DNA of 64,000 nt from an uncultured Dehalococcoidales bacterium (GCA_964408935.1 CAYPBF010000001.1:100283-164282); one strand, 5' to 3'. Counted from the first letter of the stretch, positions 9,359-20,000 are shown. Notes: a model not told the origin generated them from the sequence alone. Translations and numbers: made by a program.

Positions 9359-9592
9359 ATGGCTTTCAGTGCCGAGGTAGTGGACCAGGCCTGGCAGAGG
9401 TCCGATAAATCCTGCGAATGCGTCAGGCCCAACCACGGGCACTGGGCCCGGTGTCATAAAACTCTTCTGAAATGGGAGCGAGGCAAGGAGGGGTGGGGAG
9501 GCTGGGAGGCCCACCACGTCGGCAACCCCGATGATGATTCCCTAGCCAACTGCGAGATTCTATGTTGGGAATGTTATAAGAAGATTTCTTGA
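9359..9592 (+). CDS. small HNH-nuclease-like zinc-finger protein
   Basis: 77 aa behind AAAGGAG. The pattern CEC...H...WEAHHV...NCEILCWEC fits the Cys-flanked HNH motif (HH...N...CxxC). Confidence 0.45.
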   Translation: MAFSAEVVDQAWQRSDKSCECVRPNHGHWARCHKTLLKWERGKEGWGGWEAHHVGNPDDDSLANCEILCWECYKKIS

Positions 9593-9713
9593 GTAAATGA
9601 CAGAGGAACGAAAGACAAAGCCAAAAGTATAGTCCTGTGGTATAATTTAATCATGGCAGATAAAAATAATAAACCTAAACCACTACCACCTAAACCTGAA
9701 CCTGAGGTAGAAC

Positions 9714-10184
9714 TTAGGGAGACAGAAAGACCCCCAAAGAAAAAATAGTTATTAAGCTAAGTGCTTCAATAGAAAGGCCGATGTAGGCTATTCTTAGGCA
9801 GAGAGCCTTAATTCGTAGTGGTCTTTTATTATTAGCAACCGCATCCGACATCCATTTCGCTGACCAAAGAATAAGTGCTTCGTCATCATATTCTAACGAC
9901 TCTATGTGTTTAACCAGTTCCGATAAGTTTGGCTGGAATTCCCAATATCGCGACCATAATCCGGAGACTGTTGATATTGTTACAGCTATAAAGGCAATAC
10001 TAATAATAATAGCAGGGTAAATCGAATAATCCGTCCATTCTGAAGCCGCGAAAGGAGTAAGACTCAACAATATGCCAGCGAAGCCAAGAACTGCTATAGC
10101 TGTAGAACTGGAGTGTTGACTGGCTTTGTACTGTTCCTCTGCTCTTCTGCATACTTCACCATAATATAACTCAGCTTTGTTCAT
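9714..10184 (-). CDS. hypothetical membrane protein (AT-rich ORFan)
   Basis: 156 aa from an ATG behind AGGAGG, so the longer track ORF is probably over-extended. It has an N-terminal polar helix, 2 TM, a soluble segment and a C-terminal TM. Spot GC is ~38%. Confidence 0.4.
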   Translation of the reverse strand: MNKAELYYGEVCRRAEEQYKASQHSSSTAIAVLGFAGILLSLTPFAASEWTDYSIYPAIIISIAFIAVTISTVSGLWSRYWEFQPNLSELVKHIESLEYDDEALILWSAKWMSDAVANNKRPLRIKALCLRIAYIGLSIEALSLITIFSLGVFLSP

Positions 10185-10293
10185 GCTATTCCTCCTGTCT
10201 TTTTGGTTGGAGTATAACACTTTTCCATATAGGCTACACGACCCCATATACCCCCACAAAAACAACTCCCGAACCAGTCCCACATATAAATCC

Positions 10294-10322
10294 TTGCAAT
10301 CCCTGGGAAGAAGTGTTATAAT
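10294..10322 (+). promoter_or_regulatory. sigma70-like promoter of the pyr operon (TTGCAA-17 nt-TGTTATAAT)
   Basis: -35 TTGCAA at 10294-10299 and an extended -10 TGTTATAAT at 10314-10322. Confidence 0.45.
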
Positions 10323-10350
10323 ACTTAATTAAGTAAAACTGAATAAGGAA

Positions 10351-10437
10351 CCTTTAAGCCGGTCCGGCGAGACTGGCAAGGGAAAAATGGAAACGCGGAG
10401 CGAGGCCTCTTGCCAGTTTGGGTAAGAGGTTATTTTT
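10351..10437 (+). promoter_or_regulatory. PyrR-binding transcription attenuator (binding loop, antiterminator, terminator)
   Basis: CUUUAAGCCGGUCCGGCGAGACUGGCAAGGG resembles the B. subtilis PyrR binding loop (UUUAA..GUCCAGAGAGGCUG.GAAGG, quoted from memory). ACTGGCAAG (10372-10380) can pair with CTTGCCAGT (10409-10417). The competing hairpin CCTCTT (10406-10411) / AAGAGG (10424-10429) is followed by TTATTTTTA directly before the pyrR ATG. Confidence 0.65.
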
Positions 10438-10989
10438 ATGCCTAAAAAAACAATAATGACCCAGGAAGACATCAAGCGCACACTCGCCCGCATCGCCCAC
10501 GAGATTATCGAGCGCACCAAGGTTATCGAAGATTTAATACTGGTGGGCATCCATACCCGCGGCGTGCCACTGGCTAATAGACTGGCGGCCAACGTTGAAG
10601 AATTCGCTGGCGTCAAGATTCCCGTGGGCACGCTCGATATCAGCCTCTACCGCGACGACCTCCACTCCCTGGAGCTACAGCCCACCGTCAAGCACACCGA
10701 TATCCCCGTCAATGTCGACGGCAAGTCCATAATCTTAGTTGATGACGTCCTCTACACCGGGCGCAGCATCCGGGCCGCTATGGACGCCCTCACCGACATG
10801 GGCCGGCCCCGCCTTATTCAACTGGCCGTGCTCATCGACCGCGGTCACCGCGAAATACCCATCCGCGCCGATTACGTTGGTAAGAACATGCCCAGCTCTC
10901 GGCACGAGGACATACAGGTAAAACTACAGGAAAGCGACGGCACCGACGAAGTAGCCATCACCTCCGTGCCGACCAAGGAGGGACAGTGA
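10438..10989 (+). CDS. pyrR: bifunctional pyr operon regulator / uracil phosphoribosyltransferase PyrR
   Basis: 183 aa with [13 protein letters not shown] and [17 protein letters not shown] (PRPP-binding motif). Confidence 0.9.
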   Translation: MPKKTIMTQEDIKRTLARIAHEIIERTKVIEDLILVGIHTRGVPLANRLAANVEEFAGVKIPVGTLDISLYRDDLHSLELQPTVKHTDIPVNVDGKSIILVDDVLYTGRSIRAAMDALTDMGRPRLIQLAVLIDRGHREIPIRADYVGKNMPSSRHEDIQVKLQESDGTDEVAITSVPTKEGQ

Positions 10990-11972
10990 TGACGACAGAG
11001 CAGATAAAGACGGTAGCCCCCAAGCCGGCACCGGTCTGGCAGCACCACCATATCCTCGACGTTGACGACTTCAGCCGTGAAGAGATTGAGCTTGTCTTCA
11101 ACACCACCACGGCCATGAAGGAGGTGCTTTCGCGACCGATTAAACGCGTCCCCGCCCTGCGCGGTAAGACGCTGATAACCCTCTTCTACGAGCCGAGCAC
11201 GCGCACCCGCCTCTCCTTCGAGCTGGCCGCCAAGAACCTGGGTGCCGACGCCGCCTCTTTGAGCGCCACCGCCAGCAGTGTCACCAAGGGCGAATCCCTG
11301 ATTGACACCGTGAACACGCTGGAGGCGCTGGGGGCGGACATCATCGTCATGCGCCACCCCAACTCAGGTGCGCCCGCCGTGGCCGCCAAGTACGTCAAGG
11401 CTTCCATCATCAACGCGGGAGACGGCTGGCACGCCCACCCCACCCAGGCCCTGCTCGACATCTACACCATCAGCGAGCACAAGGAAAACCTGAAAGGCTT
11501 AAAAGCCGTTATCATCGGCGACATACTGCACAGCCGCGTGGCCCGCTCCAACATCTGGGCGCTGACCACGATGGGTATGGACGTGACGCTCTGCGGCCCA
11601 CCCACCCTGCTCCCCGACGAGATGGGGATGCAGAACCACCAGCTGCCGCCGACTCGTATCGAGCACGACATCGAGCGCGCCCTCGAAGGCGCCGACATCG
11701 TCATGCTACTCAGGCTGCAACTGGAAAGGCAGCAGAGCGGGCTTTTGCCCAGCATCAGAGAATACGTCCAGCTCTACCAGCTCACCGAGGCCAGGCTGAA
11801 GCTGGCCAAGCCCGACGCGCTGGTGATGCACCCCGGCCCGGTCAACGAGGAGATTGAGATTGCCCCCGCCATAGTACACAGCCCGCAGTCGGTCATCAAC
11901 GAGCAGGTGACCAATGGTGTGGCCGTGCGCATGGCGCTGCTCTACATACTAGCCGGGAGTCAGAAGCCATGA
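10986..11972 (+). CDS. pyrB: aspartate carbamoyltransferase catalytic subunit
   Basis: 328 aa with [21 protein letters not shown] and HPGP motifs. The start overlaps the pyrR stop. Confidence 0.95.
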   Translation: MMTTEQIKTVAPKPAPVWQHHHILDVDDFSREEIELVFNTTTAMKEVLSRPIKRVPALRGKTLITLFYEPSTRTRLSFELAAKNLGADAASLSATASSVTKGESLIDTVNTLEALGADIIVMRHPNSGAPAVAAKYVKASIINAGDGWHAHPTQALLDIYTISEHKENLKGLKAVIIGDILHSRVARSNIWALTTMGMDVTLCGPPTLLPDEMGMQNHQLPPTRIEHDIERALEGADIVMLLRLQLERQQSGLLPSIREYVQLYQLTEARLKLAKPDALVMHPGPVNEEIEIAPAIVHSPQSVINEQVTNGVAVRMALLYILAGSQKP

Positions 11973-13273
11973 ATAAGCCCTTACTCATCAAAGGCGGAAG
12001 AATAATCGACCCCAGCCAGAAAATTGACGAGGTCGGCAGCCTGCTCATTGCCGAGGGCAAAATCGCCTGGTGGGGAAAAGGGGCGGAGGCACCGCCTGAA
12101 GGCGCTTATGAAGTGTTCGACGCCAAGGGGTTGGTGGTCTGCCCTGGACTAATCGACCTTCACGTCCATTTGAGAGAGCCCGGCTACGAGGAAAAGGAGA
12201 CCATCGCCAGCGGAGCCAGGGCCGCCGCCCGAGGCGGCTTCACCACCGTCTGCTGCATGCCCAACACCAACCCGCCGCTAGACAGCCAGACGGCCATTGA
12301 ATACATAAAGTCGACGGCGGAGGCCGAGGGTGTAATCAGGGTGCTGCCCATCGGTTGTATCTCTAAGGGCCAGAAGGGCCAAGAACTCACTGAGATGGGG
12401 GAGTTAGCGGTGGCTGGTGTCATCGCCTTCAGTGATGACGGCCTGCCCGCCCTGAACTCCTATATTCTGCGACAGGCGTTGGACTACAGCCGCGCCTTCG
12501 GCCTGCCCATTATCGACCACTGCGAGGACACGACGCTCACCGAGGGCGGGCAGATGAACGAGGGCGTGGTATCGAATAAGCTGGGCCTGCGCGGCATACC
12601 CAACGCTGCCGAGGATATAATCGTGGCCCGGGATTTGGCGCTGGCGCAGCTGACAGGCGGCTGGCTGCACATCGCCCACGTCAGCACTGTGGGAGCCATC
12701 GAGCTTATCCGCCGTGCCAAGGAGAAGGGTATCAAAGTGACTGCCGAGGCCACACCCCACCACCTCACCCTCACCGAGGAGAGGCTCATCGGCTACGACA
12801 CCAACGCCAAGGTTAACCCGCCTCTGCGGACGGAAAAGGACATCGAAGCCCTGATTCAGGGACTTAACGATAGCATTATAGACATTATCGCCACTGACCA
12901 TGCCCCCCACACCGAGGGCGACAAGCTCTGCGAATTTGCCAAGGCCCCCTTCGGCATCAGCGGGCTGGAGACGGCCTTAGGCAGCCTGATGAAGCTGGTG
13001 CACGGCAAGAAATTAAGCCTGCCCGCGCTCATCGCCAAGCTGAGCGCTGAGCCAGCCAAGATACTGGGGGATAAAGCGGGCAAAATAGGTACGCTGGCCA
13101 TCGGCGCTGAAGCCGATGTCACCGTATTCGACACCGAGCGAGAGTGGGTGGTGAACACTAAAGACTTCGCCTCCAAGGGCAAGAACACCCCCCTCGAAGG
13201 CGAAAAACTTAAAGGAAAAGTAATAGCGACCATATACCAAGGGAAGATTGTCTATAAAGACGAAGGGAGCTAG
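11969..13273 (+). CDS. pyrC: dihydroorotase
   Basis: 434 aa with [14 protein letters not shown] and ATDHAPH motifs. ATGA overlap with pyrB. Confidence 0.9.
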   Translation: MNKPLLIKGGRIIDPSQKIDEVGSLLIAEGKIAWWGKGAEAPPEGAYEVFDAKGLVVCPGLIDLHVHLREPGYEEKETIASGARAAARGGFTTVCCMPNTNPPLDSQTAIEYIKSTAEAEGVIRVLPIGCISKGQKGQELTEMGELAVAGVIAFSDDGLPALNSYILRQALDYSRAFGLPIIDHCEDTTLTEGGQMNEGVVSNKLGLRGIPNAAEDIIVARDLALAQLTGGWLHIAHVSTVGAIELIRRAKEKGIKVTAEATPHHLTLTEERLIGYDTNAKVNPPLRTEKDIEALIQGLNDSIIDIIATDHAPHTEGDKLCEFAKAPFGISGLETALGSLMKLVHGKKLSLPALIAKLSAEPAKILGDKAGKIGTLAIGAEADVTVFDTEREWVVNTKDFASKGKNTPLEGEKLKGKVIATIYQGKIVYKDEGS

Positions 13274-13280
13274 ATAGCCC

Positions 13281-14369
13281 ATGAGCAAACGAGCGAATCT
13301 GGTACTAGCCGACGGCTCTGTCTTTGAGGGCTATTCCTTCGGCGCTGAGACCGACGCCTACGGCGAGGTCGTTTTCAACACCAGCATGGTGGGCTATCAG
13401 GAAATGCTCACCGACCCCTCCTACGCGGGGCAGATTGTCGTCCCCACCTACCCACTCATCGGCAACTACGGCATAAACGAGCTTGACATCGAGTCGGCCA
13501 AGATTCAGGTCAGAGGCTTCGTTATCCGCGAGGAGTGCTACCAACCCAACCATTACTTAAACAAGCAAACGCTGCACCAATACCTGGCTGACTACGGCAT
13601 ACCGGGCATAAGCGGCGTCGACACCAGGGCGATTACGCGTAAACTACGCTCCGTGGGCGTGATGATGGGTATAATAACCAGCGACAAGACGCCAAAACAA
13701 GCGCTGGCACAGCTCAAGAAGCAGCCCGACTACAACTCGACCGATTTTGTGAAGCAGGTAACGACAGAGAAACCCTACCCCTGGGAGAACGGGGGCAAAC
13801 CGCAGTACAAGGTAGTCGTCCTCGACTGCGGGCTGAAATACAACATACTGCGCCTGCTGGCGCAAAGGGGCTGCGCCGTTACCGTCGTGCCCTGCACTAC
13901 TTCGGCGGAGGAGATTCTGGAGCTAAAGCCTGACGGCGTTCTTCTATCGCCTGGCCCAGGCGACCCCGACCTGCTCGACTATATCGTGGACACGGTCAAA
14001 GGGCTGGCGGGGAAACAGCCGATGATGGGCATCTGTCTGGGCAACCAGCTCATCGCCCGCGCCTTCGGCGGCAAGAACTTCAAGCTCAAGTTCGGCCACC
14101 GCGGCGCCAACCACCCCGTCCGCGAGCTGTCCACGGGGCGCATCCATATCACCGCCCAGAACCACGGCTACGCCGTCGACCCCAACACCATCGGCAAAGA
14201 GTTGGAGGTTACCCACATCAACCTCAACGACGGCACGGTGGAGGGGCTGCAGCACAAAAAACTGCCCATCTTCGCCGTACAGTACCACTCCGAGGCCTCG
14301 CCGGGCCCGCTGGACAACACCTATCTCTTCGACCGGTTTATGGAGCTGATAAAGGAAAACAAGCGATGA
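13281..14369 (+). CDS. carA: carbamoyl-phosphate synthase small (glutaminase) subunit
   Basis: 362 aa with GYQEMLTDPSYAGQI, GICLGNQL and QYHSEASPGP motifs. Confidence 0.95.
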   Translation: MSKRANLVLADGSVFEGYSFGAETDAYGEVVFNTSMVGYQEMLTDPSYAGQIVVPTYPLIGNYGINELDIESAKIQVRGFVIREECYQPNHYLNKQTLHQYLADYGIPGISGVDTRAITRKLRSVGVMMGIITSDKTPKQALAQLKKQPDYNSTDFVKQVTTEKPYPWENGGKPQYKVVVLDCGLKYNILRLLAQRGCAVTVVPCTTSAEEILELKPDGVLLSPGPGDPDLLDYIVDTVKGLAGKQPMMGICLGNQLIARAFGGKNFKLKFGHRGANHPVRELSTGRIHITAQNHGYAVDPNTIGKELEVTHINLNDGTVEGLQHKKLPIFAVQYHSEASPGPLDNTYLFDRFMELIKENKR

Positions 14370-15826
14370 AAGCAAAGATACCCAAGTGCATGAGCACCCA
14401 GCACCCCGATAACGTTAACCAGCCCTTCTTTGCCGAGGACCCTCAGCTCAGCGGTGAGGACGAGATACAGGAGGCCTACTACGCCTTCTCCCACCTCGCC
14501 TGCGACGAGCAGATGTGGGACTGTGAGGGCAAAGAGGTCGATGACTACGTCGTCAAGAAGCTGCTCACCCGCTACGAGAGCTTCTTCCGCAACAATCGGC
14601 TGGGCAAGGACATCTTTATCACCCTGCGCGTGCCCAACCCCACCGTGGAGCGCGACGAATCCAAAATACTGCTGGAGACGCTGGAGAGCATACCCCGTTC
14701 CTTCGACGCCGCCAAGCTCTTCTACGGGGACGACATCGCCCCCATCTTCGAAGTCATCCTGCCCATGACGACTTCACACAAGTGCGTCGACCGCATCTAC
14801 CGCTATTACGCCGATTTTGTCGTGGGTAAGCAGAACATGTGCTTCAAAGAGGGCGATATCTCCATCCGCGACTGGATTGGCGAGTTCCAGCCGGAGACAA
14901 TTAACGTCATCCCCCTCTTTGAGGACATGGATACCATGCTCAACGCCCACGAAATCACCCGCACCTACCTCAAGGACAAGAAGCTGACCCACCAGCGGGT
15001 TTTTCTGGCCCGTTCCGACCCCTCCATGAACTACGGGCTGGTCAGCGCCGTCCTCCTCAACAAGATTGCTTTGAAGCGGCTGCATGAGATGTCGCAGGAA
15101 ACAGGGGTGGAGATTTACCCCATCATGGGCATCGGCTCGGCGCCCTTCCGCGGCAACATGAGGCCGGACACGGTGGACAAGGTGGCTAACGAGCACCCCT
15201 CCGCCCACACCTTCTCCATACAGTCAGCCTTTAAGTACGACAACCCCCACGATAAGGTCGTGGCCGCCATAAAGAAGCTGCAGCAGCGGGAAAGAAGCGC
15301 ACCGCGAGAGCTGGATGAGGAAAAGTGCCTGAACATCGTCAGGCGCTATTCCGAGGAATATCAGAAACAGGTCGAGGTGCTGGCGCCAACGATTATCGAG
15401 CTGGCCAAATACGTGCCCACCCGCCGTATGAGAAAGCTTCACATCGGGCTTTTCGGCTATCAGCGCAGTATGCGGGGCATCAGCCTACCGCGGGTAATCA
15501 CCTTCACCGCCGCGCTTTACTCCGTCGGTCTGCCCCCTGAGATACTGGGCTTGAACGCACTGACCAGAGACGATATCGAGTTCATCAAGAGCACCTATCT
15601 CAACTGCACCGAAGACCTGAAGGATGCCCTGCAGTACCTAAACCCCGATTCCCCCTACCTCACCAAGGAGCTGGCGGGGGTGATTGAGGCCTTTCCCATA
15701 GACTTCGAGGTCAACAAGCAGCACAAAGAAATAACCGACAACATACTTAAATCACTCAAAGGGGACAAGGCCTGGCTGGAGGAAATGATTTTGCGGGCGG
15801 CTAATATCAGGAAGTTTTTGGGGTGA
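14366..15826 (+). CDS. ppcA: archaeal-type phosphoenolpyruvate carboxylase
   Basis: 486 aa. The N-terminal IPKCMSTQHPDN signature and the ~490-540 aa size class fit the PEPcase_2 family. ATGA overlap with the carA stop. Confidence 0.8.
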   Translation: MKAKIPKCMSTQHPDNVNQPFFAEDPQLSGEDEIQEAYYAFSHLACDEQMWDCEGKEVDDYVVKKLLTRYESFFRNNRLGKDIFITLRVPNPTVERDESKILLETLESIPRSFDAAKLFYGDDIAPIFEVILPMTTSHKCVDRIYRYYADFVVGKQNMCFKEGDISIRDWIGEFQPETINVIPLFEDMDTMLNAHEITRTYLKDKKLTHQRVFLARSDPSMNYGLVSAVLLNKIALKRLHEMSQETGVEIYPIMGIGSAPFRGNMRPDTVDKVANEHPSAHTFSIQSAFKYDNPHDKVVAAIKKLQQRERSAPRELDEEKCLNIVRRYSEEYQKQVEVLAPTIIELAKYVPTRRMRKLHIGLFGYQRSMRGISLPRVITFTAALYSVGLPPEILGLNALTRDDIEFIKSTYLNCTEDLKDALQYLNPDSPYLTKELAGVIEAFPIDFEVNKQHKEITDNILKSLKGDKAWLEEMILRAANIRKFLG

Positions 15827-15850
15827 GGTTAAAAAAGGGGGTGACGGGAA

Positions 15851-16558
15851 ATGGATAAGAATGAAATGCTCCTCAATATTCTGAAGGAACATATGCTCTA
15901 CCAGAGGCATCAAGAAACGCAAAGGATGTGGACAGCCAACATATTCATCGCTGTCGTCGTCGGTACGTTGGTCTACTCGATTAACACGGGCTTCGAAAAC
16001 ATCCCCTGGTTTATTCCGCTTGCTTTTCTCATCATCTCAACCATCTGCCTTTTGATTACCTCGAAATTGAATACAGTCTTTTCCAGAACTCAAAACACGA
16101 TGGAAAACACTTTTAAGGACATTAGCCACTTTAAAAAGAGTAAGGACAAGGACTGGAATAACTACATGTGGGGAAGAAAATCACCTGGCGGGCTATGGAG
16201 TGCCCTGAGAATAAGGTATTTGTATCTTGCCCTTTATACTTTAGCTATCATTGGGTCATTAGCATGGCTTTTTGTACTCAATAAATGGGCATTCGCGATA
16301 GCAACGGTTATCACCGTGATTATATTCGCAGTAGTCATACCAGCCGCAATAAGTGAGCGTCGTAAAGAAAAAGAGGAGCAAGAAAAGACGGGCAAGGAGG
16401 TGAATGTGGCCATAGGTAAAAGTGGGGTAGAACAGCCAACTGAAGAAGACCGCAAAGCTCACGCAAAAATCCTGAGATGTTCAAAGGCTGCCTTCTGGAT
16501 TGCAATAGCTGGTTTAGTTGTGGCCATCGCCGCTATTATCGTCGCCATATCATATTGA
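15851..16558 (+). CDS. hypothetical polytopic membrane protein (AT-rich insert, gene 1)
   Basis: 235 aa with ~5 TM helices and a Lys/Glu-rich linker. Spot GC is ~40%, against ~58% in the flanking pyr genes. Confidence 0.45.
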   Translation: MDKNEMLLNILKEHMLYQRHQETQRMWTANIFIAVVVGTLVYSINTGFENIPWFIPLAFLIISTICLLITSKLNTVFSRTQNTMENTFKDISHFKKSKDKDWNNYMWGRKSPGGLWSALRIRYLYLALYTLAIIGSLAWLFVLNKWAFAIATVITVIIFAVVIPAAISERRKEKEEQEKTGKEVNVAIGKSGVEQPTEEDRKAHAKILRCSKAAFWIAIAGLVVAIAAIIVAISY

Positions 16559-16580
16559 GGGTATAAAGGGGGTGAGGTCG

Positions 16581-17054
16581 ATGGCAATTGCAGCATTATT
16601 AATATCTATTCTTGCTGCTTTGTTTGCAGGAGTCATGGCGTTACTGGCCTTTCGAGAACAGAGGCTTAGATTACGTCCACAGGTCTATATAGATAGAATT
16701 AAAACAAATGTTTCATCAAATCTCCTTACATTTCAGACCGTTATACAAAATGTTGGGCTATTACCAGCGAAGAACATGACAATATCGCCTGTATTGAAGG
16801 TGAATAATGCAATAATAGAATTAAGTGATGAAGCTAGACGTTCAAAAGCCATTGTTATCCCAAAACAGAAATTCGAGAACCCTATGCAAGTAAGCGGTAA
16901 AACAAAAGACGCCATATTAAAAGGAAGCGCAACACTCCACGCAGAGATAAGGGTCGATTATGAAGCCAATGGTAAGGAATATTACTTCTGGGCACGTTAT
17001 GAGTTTAATAGTGAGCGGGAAAGCTGGACTATTCTAGATGGCGATGCCAATTGA
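16581..17054 (+). CDS. hypothetical N-terminally anchored protein (AT-rich insert, gene 2)
   Basis: 157 aa from an ATG behind GGGGGTGAGG. It has one N-terminal TM and then a beta-rich soluble domain. Spot GC is ~38-40%. Confidence 0.45.
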   Translation: MAIAALLISILAALFAGVMALLAFREQRLRLRPQVYIDRIKTNVSSNLLTFQTVIQNVGLLPAKNMTISPVLKVNNAIIELSDEARRSKAIVIPKQKFENPMQVSGKTKDAILKGSATLHAEIRVDYEANGKEYYFWARYEFNSERESWTILDGDAN

Positions 17055-17095
17055 GTAAAACATCATACCATCCGAAATTATAATAAGGAGTAAAC

Positions 17096-20000
17096 TTGAC
17101 CAAACCTAAAAAAGTTTTGATTGTCGGTAGCGGCCCCATAGTAATCGGCCAGGCGGCGGAGTTCGACTACGCGGGAACTCAGGCCTGCAAAGCCATGCGG
17201 GAAGAAGAAGTGACCTCGGTGCTGGTCAACTCCAACCCCGCCACCATCATGACCGACGAGGGCATTGCTGACATCGTCTATATCGAGCCGCTTACCGTGG
17301 AGATGGTGGGGCGCATCATCGAAAAAGAACGCCCCGACGGCCTACTCCCCACCCTCGGCGGACAGACAGGATTGAATCTGGCAGTGGATTTAGCCAACGC
17401 AGGAATCTTAGAGAAATACAACGTAAAATCCCTGGGCACGCCCATCCAGACCATCAGAAATGCCGAAGACCGCGAGCTCTTCAAGAAGCTGATGGCTGAT
17501 ATCGGTGAGCCGACGCCCAAGAGCGCCACCGTCAATACTTTGCAACAGGCCAGAAAGGTAGCCAAAGAAATCGGTCTGCCCGTGATTATCCGCCCCGCCT
17601 ACACGCTGGGGGGCACGGGGGGTGGGGTCGCCCGCACGCCCAAAGAGCTGGACAGGGTGGTCAGCATCGGGCTGGCCGCCAGCCCCATCAACCAGGTGCT
17701 GGTGGAGGAATCGGTGTTAGGGTGGAAGGAAATAGAGTACGAGGTCATGCGCGACGCGGCCAATAACTGCATCACCGTCTGTAACATGGAGAACTTTGAC
17801 CCGATGGGGGTGCACACCGGTGACAGCATCGTCGTCGCCCCCAGCCAGACGCTGACCAACAAGGAATACCAGATGCTGCGCACCGCCAGCCTGAACATCA
17901 TCCGCGCCCTGGGCGTGGAAGGTGGCTGCAACGTACAGCTCGCCCTCGACCCCAACAGCGAGAAATACTACGTCATCGAGGTCAACCCCAGGGTTAGTCG
18001 AAGCTCAGCGCTGGCCAGTAAGGCCACCGGCTACCCCATTGCTCGCGTGGCCGCCAAGATAGCCGTGGGCAAGCGGCTGGACGAGATACCCAACCAGGTA
18101 ACGGGCAAGACAATGGCCTCCTTCGAGCCAGCTTTGGACTACCTGGTGGTCAAGATACCACGCTGGCCCTTCGACAAATTCGCTTCCGGAGATAGAATCA
18201 TCGGCACCCAGATGAAGGCCACGGGCGAGGTGATGGCCATCGACCGCTGCTTCGAAGCCGCCCTGCAGAAGGCCATCCGCTCATTAGAATTCGGCAAGCG
18301 CTCGCTGCTCTGGGAAGACCCGAGCTGGAAGATGGGCGAGGACATCAAAGATTACCCGCTGGAGCCAAACGACCTCAGGCTCTGGGCTTTGATGGCGGCG
18401 CTGAGGCGGGGGATAACTCCGCAAAAGCTTTCCGAGCACACCAAGATTGACCTCTGGTTTACCACCAAGCTGCAGAATATCGTCGATATGGAAAAAGAGC
18501 TGCTGGGCGAGACGCTGACCCCGGAGCTTATGCTCAAGGCAAAACGGCTGGGCTTTGCCGACGAACAGATAGGCACTTTAGCCGACAGGCTGCCCGAGCA
18601 GGTCAGACAATCGCGGCTTAACTGGAACATACGCCCCGTCTATAAGATGGTGGATACCTGCGCCGCTGAGTTCGATGCTGCCACCCCCTACTTCTACAGC
18701 AGCTACGAGCAGGAGAACGAGGCGCTGCCCCCCAAGGTGGACAAGGCAGTGGTCATCGGCAGCGGGCCCATCCGCATCGGCCAGGGCATTGAGTTTGATT
18801 ATTGCAGCGTCCACTCCGCCTGGGCTTTGCAGGAAGCCGATTACAAGGCCATCATGGTCAACTCCAACCCGGAGACGGTCTCCACCGACTTTGACACCAG
18901 CGACCGCCTCTACTTCGAGGCCCTGGACGAGGAGAGCCTGCGCGACATACTGGAAAACGAGGGGGGAAACGGGGAAGCACCGCCTTCAATCGTTCAGTTC
19001 GGCGGGCAGACGGCCATAAACCTGGCCGAGCCAATAGCCCGCAGCGGCCTACCCATTCTCGGCTCCAGCGTCGAGGCCATCGACCTGGCCGAAGACAGGC
19101 GCCGTTTCGAAAATTTCTTGAACGAGCTGGGCATACCACAACCCCCCGGTGCTGGCGTAACCTCAGCTAAAGAAGCCTTAAGCGTGGCCGAGCTTATTGG
19201 CTACCCGGTGCTGGTGCGCCCCAGCTACGTACTCGGCGGGCGGGCTATGGAGATAGTCCACAACGCTAAAGAACTCAGTCGCTACATCAAGCAGGCCATC
19301 GAGCTCGATACCAAGCACCCCGTCCTCATCGACAAGTACCTTGAAGGCAAGGAAGCAGAGGTCGACGCCGTCGGTGATGGTGAGGACATACTCATTCCGG
19401 GGATAATGGAGCACATCGAAAGGGCGGGCGTCCACAGCGGTGATTCCATGGCGCTTTACCCAGGAATAAACCTGACCGAGACTGAGGTGGACACACTGGT
19501 TGACTACGCCATACGGATAGGTTTGGGGCTTAAAATCAAGGGGCTGATGAACATCCAGTTCGTCATTATGCGTAACAGCAACGGCAATGGCTCATCGGTT
19601 TACGTATTAGAGGTGAACCCCCGCGCCAGCCGCACCATCCCCTTCATCTCCAAGGTGACTGGCGTGCCCATGGTGAAGGTGGCCACCAAGGTCATGCTGG
19701 GGCAGAGCCTCAAAGAGCAGGGCTACAAGACGGGCCTCTGGCCGCGGCAAAAGCTGGTAGCCATCAAAGCCCCCGTCTTTTCCATGTCTAAGCTCATCGG
19801 GGTGGATACCTACCTGGGGCCGGAGATGAAGTCCACGGGCGAGATAATGGGCATTGACTACAGCTACGACGCCGCCCTGGCTAAGGCGCTGCAGGCAGCG
19901 GGCATAAACCTCCGAGAGCAAGGCGCCATGCTCTTCAGCATCGCCGACCGTGACAAGCCCGAGGCGCTACCTATCATCAAAAAGTTCTCTGAGATTGGCT

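Noticed and set aside
9653-9748. 31-aa Pro/Lys-rich micro-ORF (MADKNNKPKPLPPKPEPEVELRETERPPKKK) right after a TGGTATAAT box
   Set aside because: It is low-complexity and overlaps the 3' end of the convergent 9714-10184 gene, and I can assess no conservation. I note it only as a possible leaderless transcript, not as a gene.
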